Virus record (IMG/VR): IMGVR_UViG_3300042273_000539
Length of the DNA: 64,000 nt
Direction: 5' to 3' (one strand)
Source of the DNA: an uncultured virus (IMG/VR IMGVR_UViG_3300042273_000539)
Lineage: Duplodnaviria > Heunggongvirae > Uroviricota > Caudoviricetes
The notes under the pieces are model-generated. The model ran no database searches, had not been told where the DNA came from, and was given only the letters and a program-made list of their open reading frames with translations. Both the position numbers and the translations under genes were made by a program. This document shows positions 20,999 through 28,505 of the stretch, piece after piece. Position 1 is the stretch's first letter; each line of letters opens with the position of its first letter.

Positions 20999-21465
20999 TA
21001 TTTATCTGTTTCTATCTCTTCATCTTTTTGCTCTAAATCTTTTTGATGTTCTTCTGCTTCTTCAACAGAATCAAAATACACATTTACTGGAAATCTTTCC
21101 AGGGAATAAACAGTTCCATCTTCTAGAAAAATAGTGTTTGAAGAACCACCTTCGGGAATAGTTTCAATAACAAAGTTTTCCCCACTTTCAAAATGGCAGT
21201 TTCCTACAACTTCCACTTCTTCAATTTCGTATCGTTCGCCTTCTTCTTTTTTTACTTTTTTTGTATTTTCACATTGTGGGCAAATATAAGCAAGTTTTTT
21301 ATTTTCTTGTGTATATTTGTCAAATACTTCTACTTCTATATACCCTTTTGCTTTACAGTTAGGGCAATCTTCTTCAATTGAATATGGCTTTTTAGCCACT
21401 TTAAATTTCTTCATTTTTTCTCCTATACAAGTATATATGTATCTTTTCAAACAAAAAAGGCGCAC
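20998..21465 (-). CDS. DnaJ-type zinc-finger-containing hypothetical protein
   Basis: CPNCKAKG and CPQCE; the real start is probably the internal MKKFK. Confidence 0.55.
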   Translation of the reverse strand: MRLFCLKRYIYTCIGEKMKKFKVAKKPYSIEEDCPNCKAKGYIEVEVFDKYTQENKKLAYICPQCENTKKVKKEEGERYEIEEVEVVGNCHFESGENFVIETIPEGGSSNTIFLEDGTVYSLERFPVNVYFDSVEEAEEHQKDLEQKDEEIETDK

Positions 21466-21481
21466 TTAAAAAGTGCGCCTT
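21454..21481 (-). terminator. Intrinsic terminator ending the tRNA/ncRNA cluster
   Basis: AAGGCGCAC-TTTTTAA-GTGCGCCTT plus T run. Confidence 0.8.
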
Positions 21482-21484
21482 AAG

Positions 21485-21557
21485 GGTGAACGACGAGACT
21501 TGAACTCGCATCTACCAGCTCCACAACCTGGTGCATTACCATTATGCTACATTCACC
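21485..21557 (-). tRNA. tRNA-His(GTG)
   Basis: G-1:C73, loop TTGTGGA. Confidence 0.9.
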
Positions 21558-21568
21558 AAGAAATGATG

Positions 21569-21776
21569 CCTGAACCAGCGGAAAATAAAACAATCTCAAC
21601 TATTCTATTTACCTAGAGGTTTAAGGATATTCAGGCTTTACCTTAAACACGTATTAAACGCTTACTGCTGGATGTAAGTGTTTCCTATCCCTGAACCGTT
21701 TTTACTAATACAAATCTTCTTTTATTCAGGTTTTAGAAGATTGCTACACGCACTGGCTCAAACGGTAGAGGCGTGT
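21569..21776 (-). ncRNA. Two tandem double-pseudoknot RNA modules
   Basis: Each module has two hairpins whose loops complement a 3' tail ending TTCAGG. Confidence 0.55.
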
Positions 21777-21984
21777 CAAAACTTTGTACGGCAAGGATTT
21801 GAAGCCTTAGTAAGATTGGTGCCATTGGCATCACCGTAACCTTGCTTCCCCAAACAAGGTCTGCTGATTTTATTATGTGGCTCAACAGAAAAGCCAACCT
21901 TTACATTCCCACAAAATAAATAATACATTTATGGGACATCCCGAGTAAAGGCTCTTACCTCTATCTTACCAAGAAGTAAATAAT

Positions 21985-22135
21985 AATGAAGGTAGGGTTT
22001 AATACCTACATGAGCATTTAGGTTAACAGTGATACACTTAAGCTAGCTGTGTGTATTCTGTTATTTGGGATAGCCCCTGTTAATACAGTTTGCTCTATCC
22101 TTTTTCTACCTTGCGTCTGTTTCCGCCACTTCATT
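21985..22135 (-). ncRNA. tRNA-framed RNA with multi-hairpin insert (151 nt)
   Basis: AATGAAG/CTTCATT acceptor, D-like GCG-GAAACAGA-CGC, T-like GTAGG/CCTAC, no anticodon arm. Confidence 0.6.
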
Positions 22136-22140
22136 ATTAA

Positions 22141-22214
22141 TAGCAGAGGAGGGAGTCGAACCCTCGTGATTCGGCTTATGAGACCGAGCTGGAGCCTCTC
22201 CAGTCCACCCTGCG
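22141..22214 (-). tRNA. tRNA-Met(CAT), initiator-like
   Basis: Loop CTCATAA, C1xU72 mismatch. Confidence 0.8.
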
Positions 22215-22222
22215 ACGAATGC

Positions 22223-22282
22223 TGGATACTTTTCTTGGAATCGAACCAAATTTATCCTTATTAAGATTGCTGTAAGTATCCA
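22223..22282 (-). ncRNA. ACAGCAA-stem small RNA 1
   Basis: TGGATACTT/AAGTATCCA stem, ACAGCAA, T-arm-like TTGG-TTCGATT-CCAA. Confidence 0.7.
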
Positions 22283-22284
22283 AA

Positions 22285-22355
22285 TAGTCTATACCGGAAT
22301 TGAACCGATGTTTTCTGGCTGAGAACCAGGTGTCCTACCATTAGACGAATAGACC
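22285..22355 (-). tRNA. tRNA-Glu(CTC)
   Basis: Cloverleaf, loop TTCTCAG. Confidence 0.85.
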
Positions 22356-22608
22356 AAAATAAAAAGACAACAACATTTACAACGCCTTGCATCGGAAGGC
22401 TTTATTATCCCGATTCCCCCTCTCACTTGAGGTTACGCCATTTTTGTCCTGCGAAGACAAAGCCTTTGTTGTTGCTCGCTGACTAGATTCGCAGTCTTTG
22501 CCAGCACTAGCGCTACTTACCAGAGCTACTGGGGTAAGCGCATATAATACTTTAGTAGATGCTTTTTCGTTGCTAACGTTTTTTATCTACATAAGTTAAA
22601 ATTAAAAC

Positions 22609-22656
22609 TGGAAACTTTTAAAGCTACTCATTCAAGTTGTTTGCTGTTAGTTTCCA
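22609..22656 (-). ncRNA. ACAGCAA-stem small RNA 2
   Basis: TGGAAACT/AGTTTCCA stem with AACAGCAA. Confidence 0.65.
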
Positions 22657-22660
22657 AAGT

Positions 22661-22755
22661 GGTGTCGGTAGGATTCGAACCTACATAGCAGGATTGCAGA
22701 CGATGCCTGCACTCTCTTGGTCGTCTGCGGAGTTTGCCAATTTCTCTACGACACC
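22661..22755 (-). ncRNA. tRNA-like RNA with enlarged, possibly pseudoknotted anticodon arm
   Basis: GGTGTCG/CGACACC acceptor, normal D and T arms, 8-bp stem with 17-nt loop. Confidence 0.65.
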
Positions 22756-22758
22756 GTT

Positions 22759-22840
22759 GGACGATAAGGGAATTGAACCCTTATTTTAGTGGCTCCACTG
22801 TGGGTTTTACTACACTAACGCTACCATTGCTTAATCGCCC
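22759..22840 (-). ncRNA. tRNA-like RNA with enlarged anticodon arm
   Basis: GGGCGAT/ATCGTCC acceptor, T arm AAGGG-TTCAATT-CCCTT, TTAGTG/CACTAA stem enclosing 21 nt. Confidence 0.6.
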
Positions 22841-22845
22841 AAAAC

Positions 22846-22899
22846 TGGATGCTTTTTCTTTACACCAAAAAAGTACTTTTAAATTGCTGTTAGCATCCA
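22846..22899 (-). ncRNA. ACAGCAA-stem small RNA 3
   Basis: TGGATGCT/AGCATCCA stem, immediately downstream of a consensus promoter. Confidence 0.7.
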
Positions 22900-22913
22900 T
22901 TTGATTATACTTT

Positions 22914-22942
22914 ATTATACAATTTTTTTAGTTTTTTGTCAA
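22914..22942 (-). promoter_or_regulatory. sigma70-type promoter driving the tRNA/ncRNA cluster
   Basis: TTGACA-17 nt-TATAAT. Confidence 0.85.
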
Positions 22943-22956
22943 GTATTATCTTTACC

Positions 22957-24537
22957 TTACTTATCCATGAACATCATCATCATAAGTGGGTTAAATCCAT
23001 TTCCACTTTGATTTCCATTTCCCATCATTTGAGAAAACATCATCATCTTGAACATATCGTTCTTATCGCCCTTGCTGTCTCCCATCATAAGGAACATCAA
23101 AGGGTTAAAGCCATTAGGATTATCCATTCCACCAGAGAAAGAATCACCGAAGAAAGTGATAAGTTTCTTTACAGTAGGTGCATTGATAAATGCGTTCTTT
23201 GTGTCTACTTGGCTTTCTTCATTTCCGGTGTTAATATTTACTACCTTCAAAGAGGTAATACCATCTTCTCCAGAAACAATATCAGAAACAAAAGCCCATC
23301 CAAGTCCAGTATGGAGGATGTCTCCAATCTTTACTTGTTCCTTGTTTACTGGCATAACTGCACTAAATTCGTGTAGTTTATCTTGCCCAAATACAAGATT
23401 CATGTGATTTACCAGTGTTTTAGTTTCCTTATCAAAAGAAACATACGATTCATCTACTGCTTTTACTGCAATAGTTCCATTCATAGTAAGTGCAATCGTT
23501 CCACTTGGGATAGACGATGGCATAAATGCGTTGAGTGCTTTGTTCATTTTATTCTCCTTTTTATTATATAACTGTGAAATAATTTCTTTATCTATTTCTT
23601 CTCTAAATTCCTTAAAAGCATTATTAATAAGTATCTGCTCTGAATCTACTTTTTCTTCTGTAAGATCTTTAATCCAAGGAGGCATTTCCTCTGGCTGTAG
23701 TAAAAAACTACAAATGAAGTTTTTATTTGTTCTATTTTCAATTATCAGAAAATTTACATATTCATCATTTACTTCTAAATTTATACATCTTCCATATACA
23801 TCAAATAATGCTACACCATCTCTTGAAATCTTTATTCTTACATTTCCAGGAACAGAAGAATATATGCTTATAAGAGCTTTATCACTATAGCTTTTAAAGA
23901 TTTCATATATAGAATATTCTGACTTTATATATTCATTTGCTGTCAAATATTCATGTTCTCTTAAACTTTCTTCATACATAGATGCTTTAAAAGGCGTGCT
24001 TTCATCTAAAGAAAATTCAATGTTTTTTTTGTTGCTAAAACTTTCTTCTTTAAAATCATTAAAATGAATTAGTTTCATTCTTGCTTTTTTAAAATTACCT
24101 TCTAAACTATTTTCTTCATAATCATACACGTTGTCATTCTCCCTTTCTATTGGAATATAATACCCTAAATTTGAACCTTTAGCAAAAAAATCTCTTTTTA
24201 ATTCTACAAGTATGTAATCATCATGATATTTTCCTCTTTCTGAATTATTAATAAAAAATTTCTTCTTTATTCTACGGATAGAAAAAGTATTATCAGGGAT
24301 ATATTTAAGTCTATTATTGACCCCATAGTACGTTTCAAAAGAAAGGTGGTCATTATTAACACCTACAATAAAAGTAGTGATTCCAACGTCTTCACGTACT
24401 TCTCTGGCTCCATTATCATGCTCAATAACAATGTGAGAAGGGTTAAATTCATATTCTATAAAGTTTCCAGTTTTTTGAGGCTGACCTTCTCCTAGTAAAT
24501 TAAGTAAATCTAAAATTTGCTCTTTTGTACTTTTCAT
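22957..24537 (-). CDS. Hypothetical protein with a probable in-frame internal start at 23547
   Basis: Start at MKSTKEQ; internal AAGGAG SD before MNKALNAF; Met-rich NPLMMMM C-terminus. Confidence 0.65.
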   Translation of the reverse strand: MKSTKEQILDLLNLLGEGQPQKTGNFIEYEFNPSHIVIEHDNGAREVREDVGITTFIVGVNNDHLSFETYYGVNNRLKYIPDNTFSIRRIKKKFFINNSERGKYHDDYILVELKRDFFAKGSNLGYYIPIERENDNVYDYEENSLEGNFKKARMKLIHFNDFKEESFSNKKNIEFSLDESTPFKASMYEESLREHEYLTANEYIKSEYSIYEIFKSYSDKALISIYSSVPGNVRIKISRDGVALFDVYGRCINLEVNDEYVNFLIIENRTNKNFICSFLLQPEEMPPWIKDLTEEKVDSEQILINNAFKEFREEIDKEIISQLYNKKENKMNKALNAFMPSSIPSGTIALTMNGTIAVKAVDESYVSFDKETKTLVNHMNLVFGQDKLHEFSAVMPVNKEQVKIGDILHTGLGWAFVSDIVSGEDGITSLKVVNINTGNEESQVDTKNAFINAPTVKKLITFFGDSFSGGMDNPNGFNPLMFLMMGDSKGDKNDMFKMMMFSQMMGNGNQSGNGFNPLMMMMFMDK

Positions 24538-24549
24538 TTTTATATCCTT

Positions 24550-24620
24550 TGGGAAAGAAGGGAATTGAACCCTCACCAGAAAATTTAGAGTTTTCTGTGC
24601 TACCGTTACACCACAAACCC
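24550..24620 (-). tRNA. Amber-suppressor-type tRNA (anticodon CTA)
   Basis: Loop CTCTAAA in stem AGAAAA/TTTTCT; D arm as in the local Gln tRNAs; acceptor has three U-U mismatches. Confidence 0.7.
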
Positions 24621-24930
24621 ATTCTATTATACATGTATTTTTATATAATTGTCTTTGTCAATAATTATTTTAATATCGTTAGGATAATCCCATCCGTCTC
24701 CAGCATAGAAAGCAATACTTTCTATATCTTCATATTTTATAGAAGATAAAGAATTATCATCTATAATTAGCATCCTTTCCTTGTTAAAGTCAATTAACAA
24801 CCTTCCAATAGAGGCAGTTACTTCTTGATTTTCTCTGAAACGAACAGTATTTTTTCTAAAATATTGTTTAAAAGAACTTAATACTTCTTCTACTTTCATA
24901 AAACGAACCTCTTTACATAATATTCTTTTT

Positions 24931-25142
24931 AGAGAAGGTAGGATTTGAACCTACATTCATGCCTGACTCTTATCGTGCACGAAAGAGAGTATTATGTACA
25001 CTTAACTCTCTGATTTTGCTCTACGTCTTCTCCAGCGCCTAGCTGGCGACAGATATGGGTGTCTGCCAACTGGAGCTATGAATAAAGTCACCGCCTCTGC
25101 AGCGACCGACAACATAACTCCCGTATTTTTCACCACTTCTCT
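24931..25142 (-). ncRNA. tRNA-framed RNA with large structured insert (212 nt)
   Basis: AGAGAAG/CTTCTCT acceptor, T arm GTAGG-TTCAAAT-CCTAC, long GGAGTTATG/CATAGCTCC arm and three extra hairpins. Confidence 0.65.
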
Positions 25143-25204
25143 ACCCACTGTTTTGCATAGGCTGGCACAGCGAAACCGTCATCCCACTTTCGTGGGGCAA
25201 AGTC

Positions 25205-25243
25205 AAAAAAGGACTGGGAAGATGTTTGGCACCCTCCCAGTCA
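25205..25243 (-). terminator. Intrinsic terminator after the Pth2-like gene
   Basis: GACTGGGA...TCCCAGTC hairpin followed by a T run. Confidence 0.7.
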
Positions 25244-25247
25244 AAAA

Positions 25248-25631
25248 TCACAAAAGTCTAAACCTTTCAAGTTCCCGAAGCCCTTCGCAAGGACCTATTG
25301 CCAAGCAAGTTGCTTCTTCCTTTTCTATGCCATTGCTGTCATAGAATCCGTTGTCTATCATTACATAAAACGGTAATGATGTTTTCTTAACACTTTCTAC
25401 TACATTATAAAAATCAGTTTCCGAGTTTGCTGAAAGAACTACTTTTGTAAATGGCTATCCTTTCTTTAAATCATTAAGAATAGCATCCGGTAAGTGGGAG
25501 AAGGTTACTGTTTTGTCGTTCCACTCTCCACTTGATAAAAGACACATAATAGCGCTGTGCGCCACTTGAGAAGCAATCCTCCCTTTTGACATTCCCAAGT
25601 CTTTCCTTACCAAAAAATACTGTTTAAGCAT
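25248..25631 (-). CDS. pth2: Peptidyl-tRNA hydrolase 2-like gene with in-frame TAG at codon 59 (readthrough or pseudogene)
   Basis: Hand translation MLKQYFLVRKDLGMSKGRIASQVAHSA...KKG*PFTKVVL...IDNG...TCLAIGP; missed by the ORF track. Confidence 0.8.
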
Positions 25632-25974
25632 TATTTACCTCCTTTACGAAAGGATCAGAAGGCAAATTCCATTTTTCACAAAATTTTCTTATTTCACCGC
25701 CGTATAACTCATTTTTCTCCCGTATCTTGGGTTCAATCTGCTTATACGATTTTCCTTTTAATATAGAATATACTACATTAAAAATCCTAGCATTTCTTCT
25801 GTTATCATCAAGATGATATTTTACATTCATATAGTCAGGGTATACTCTTCCCCTGAGTAAATTCTTGTATTTTACTTTTTCCTCTCTTATGTTTGCAGAG
25901 AGTTCTTTGTAATAGTCTTTCATCATAGAAACCACATTTCTATAATCTTCAATCGTATCAAAAATCTTTTCCAT
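25624..25974 (-). CDS. Hypothetical protein translationally coupled to pth2
   Basis: 116 aa, AGGAG SD, stop overlaps the pth2 start region. Confidence 0.75.
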   Translation of the reverse strand: MEKIFDTIEDYRNVVSMMKDYYKELSANIREEKVKYKNLLRGRVYPDYMNVKYHLDDNRRNARIFNVVYSILKGKSYKQIEPKIREKNELYGGEIRKFCEKWNLPSDPFVKEVNNA

Positions 25975-25983
25975 TTTACTTTT

Positions 25984-26078
25984 CTCCTATAAGTATGTTG
26001 TTGTCAGTTTTTTCTTAAGAAACCGACTATACTTATGGAGGTAATGATAATCTAAACTACTTCATGGGCTTATCCTCC
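25984..26078 (-). promoter_or_regulatory. Leader peptide (M-K-amber-FRLSLPP-stop) and SD-sequestering hairpin
   Basis: GGAGG SD, ATG 26065, TAG 26057-26059, TAA 26033-26035; CTCCATAAGTAT pairs with ATACTTAT-A-GGAG. Confidence 0.7.
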
Positions 26079-26210
26079 TTTTAATGAATTTTAGTTCATT
26101 TTTTATTTTTCTTCTTTTCGTTATACCTTATTATACAATTTTTTTAGTTTTTTAGCAACTATTTTTTTGGGTTATATTTTACCATGTGGTTCAATATCAT
26201 TTATCCTTCT

Positions 26211-26816
26211 TTATTTTTCAAAACGCTCTTTAAGATAAAGAATATTTTCATCTATTCCTTTTACATAATCTTCAAGAACTCCATCCTCTTCAAGCGTCTT
26301 TTTTAGATTTTCTAAAAACTCTATTCTTCCGATTAAATATCTATAAGTGCTTTTGCTCTGAAATTCCTTTCTTATAAGATTTTCATTGACTAACTGGTAT
26401 CCGTTGTTATTTTTGTAATACCATAGCAAATCCGCCTTCATAAGTAAATCGTTTTCAGGGTCTCCTGTAAATCTATGATATTTTGTAGCAAGGATTAAGT
26501 CAAATACTTTATCTGAATCAACAGAGTTTAAATCTTCTTTGTTTATAAACAAAGAATCAACTAAACCACTTTCCCACATAGACTTGAAAAACACAGCAGA
26601 TGCTAATTCATTTTCTTCGCTACCAGTAATGATTATAACATCATGATATAATATTGCAAGAGCAACATTTACAGTAAAATCAGGTTCTTTTGAAGCAAAG
26701 TGCATCATATCTTGAATATGATATATGGTATGATAAAACCTTCCTTCCCAATCATACATTTTTCTTAAAATTTGAAACGGGAAACTTTCTTCATTTATTT
26801 GAAGGTTTTTAATCAT
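26211..26816 (-). CDS. HD-superfamily metal-dependent phosphohydrolase
   Basis: RFYHTIYHI, LYHDVI, NELASA, ADL. Confidence 0.8.
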   Translation of the reverse strand: MIKNLQINEESFPFQILRKMYDWEGRFYHTIYHIQDMMHFASKEPDFTVNVALAILYHDVIIITGSEENELASAVFFKSMWESGLVDSLFINKEDLNSVDSDKVFDLILATKYHRFTGDPENDLLMKADLLWYYKNNNGYQLVNENLIRKEFQSKSTYRYLIGRIEFLENLKKTLEEDGVLEDYVKGIDENILYLKERFEK

Positions 26817-26835
26817 TTTTTATCTCCTGTTATTA

Positions 26836-26907
26836 AGCACCCCATCGGATTTGAACTGACATCACCGAACTTACAAGGTTCGTGCATTACCATTATGCTA
26901 AGGGTGC
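26836..26907 (-). tRNA. tRNA-Thr(TGT)
   Basis: Loop CTTGTAA. Confidence 0.85.
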
Positions 26908-26960
26908 AAATACCAGTTGTTTACGGTACAACTGAAAACCCAAGTAAGTTATAAAATAAC

Positions 26961-27050
26961 TTACTTCACATCGCTTAATATTCTTAGCCATGTGATAACT
27001 GTTCCGAGAACAAGTCCGCTAATGGTAAGAACGGCAAACTGTGTAGTCAT
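26961..27050 (-). CDS. 29-aa hydrophobic peptide (type I toxin-like)
   Basis: AAGGAGG SD; MTTQFAVLTISGLVLGTVITWLRILSDVK. Confidence 0.6.
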   Translation of the reverse strand: MTTQFAVLTISGLVLGTVITWLRILSDVK

Positions 27051-27140
27051 AGTCAACCTCCTTATCGTAAAGCGGGCTAGAAGCTTTCCCTCTTCCAGTT
27101 TAAAGCAACGGTTTACCTTTTGGCACCTGTCGCTCCCTCA

Positions 27141-27211
27141 AGCAGATAGAGGGAATTGAACCCTCATTTCAACCTTGGCAAGGTCGTGTAATACCACTAT
27201 ACCATATCTGC
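27141..27211 (-). tRNA. tRNA-Gly(GCC)
   Basis: Loop TTGCCAA. Confidence 0.9.
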
Positions 27212-27217
27212 ATTTGC

Positions 27218-27340
27218 TGGCTACATCTTTTCTCCACGAGTGTCCTAACCCCTAGACGATATTCCCACGAATTTTGGGAACAGATGGATTTGAACCACCG
27301 TCTGTCGTTTTACACGGATTTTGTTTGCTGTTAGTAACCA
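27218..27340 (-). ncRNA. ACAGCAA-stem RNA 4 with circularly permuted tRNA domain (YrlA-like)
   Basis: Order: stem, ACAGCAA, T arm, loop-closed acceptor TGTTCCCA/TGGGAATA, D arm, stem. Confidence 0.75.
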
Positions 27341-27343
27341 AAG

Positions 27344-27415
27344 TGACGATGGTTGGAATTGAACCAACTAAATCAACCTTATGAGAGTTGCACCTAGCCA
27401 TTTGGTTTCATCGCC
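27344..27415 (-). tRNA. tRNA-Met/Ile2(CAT)
   Basis: Loop CTCATAA. Confidence 0.8.
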
Positions 27416-27423
27416 ATAAAAAA

Positions 27424-27975
27424 GGAACCAATAAAAATTATAGACCTTCATCTTACTATCCAATACTTCTTGAATATTAGGTTACTTGACGATAGAACCT
27501 GTGCTATGGGTAATTACTCCTTAGCATTTCTAAAGGGGATTTCTCCCGAACTCAAGGTGGGAATGGCTACCCACAAATTTCATCCGACTTTCAGGTTGTT
27601 AATCATCCAATATGTTTAAGAACCTGTGGAATTGGACTACTTTACGATTATGCACAACTTATACACAGATTTCTCTGTTTCAACCACAGTCCCTTCTTGC
27701 TTTTGACTTTTCCAGCAGTATCAAAGTTGTCAAGCCCGACTTACTGGATGGCTAGCGTATCGCCTATTGCGAAGGGGTCAGCATAATGACCTTTTCAAGC
27801 GTATTTTCAAGCACCTGTCTCTTGCTTTAACCTTTTTGAGGTTTATCCATCTAATCTTACGATTTTGACAGTTGGTTAAGTCAGCACGTATCCGTGATAA
27901 CTCACCAAAGCATTCAAGACAGTCCAAGCAAGGTTGTTAGCCTTCATACACTTGGGTATAACATTTAATGATTCC
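27424..27975 (-). ncRNA. Large ornate ncRNA (about 552 nt; ROOL/GOLLD-like context)
   Basis: ORF-free, own TTGACA/TATAAT promoter (27992-28020), pairing ends GGAATCA/TGGTTCC, many hairpins, within a tRNA cluster. Confidence 0.6.
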
Positions 27976-28028
27976 AAAAAACTTATACTTTATTATAACA
28001 AAATTCTAAAATTTTGTCAATTTTCAAA

Positions 28029-28100
28029 AGCACGTAGAGGGAGTTGAACCCTCGTCCTCAGCTTGGAAGGCTGTGGTAATAGCCGTTATACTATACGTGC
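28029..28100 (-). tRNA. tRNA-Gly(TCC)
   Basis: Loop CTTCCAA. Confidence 0.9.
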
Positions 28101-28105
28101 AAAAC

Positions 28106-28233
28106 TGGATACGTCCTTTTAAACGTGCTACCATTACACCATGTCCCTCATGAATTTAGGGAGGGACAATAGGATTTGAACCTATACCTCTACATCCTAA
28201 TTGTATTTGGTTTTAAATTGCTGTTCGTATCCA
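28106..28233 (-). ncRNA. ACAGCAA-stem RNA 5 with circularly permuted tRNA domain (YrlA-like)
   Basis: TGGATACG/CGTATCCA stem; T arm ATAGG-TTCAAAT-CCTAT, closed acceptor TGTCCCTC/GAGGGACA, D arm GTGTAATGGTAGCAC. Confidence 0.8.
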
Positions 28234-28426
28234 AAAAGTGATGCGTGGTAATGAACCACTCTATGAATAGAAGGAGATCAATTCTTCTATTTATAAGATT
28301 TCTTTTCACATCACTGCGTTGTACCCCATTTTCTGTTACAACTTGCGACCTACGATTCGTCATGTTTCCTTTTCTACTGATATAATATATCAGAGGAAGC
28401 TCTACGTCCTTCTCGTCAGAAGATTT

Positions 28427-28498
28427 TAGGCACGGACGGAGTTGAACCGTCATTTAAACTTTATCAGAGTTTTGTCTTCACCCTTGGACCACGCACCT
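28427..28498 (-). tRNA. tRNA-Ile(GAT)
   Basis: Loop CTGATAA. Confidence 0.85.
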
Positions 28499-28505
28499 AT
28501 AAAAC

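Noticed and set aside
24931..25142. Group I intron-containing tRNA or full tmRNA
   Set aside because: The insert is too short, lacks P7-type motifs, and there is no G3.U70 or evident tag frame
27065..27140. Cobalamin riboswitch
   Set aside because: Only AGGTGCC and GGGAA fragments match; no B12 box or full architecture
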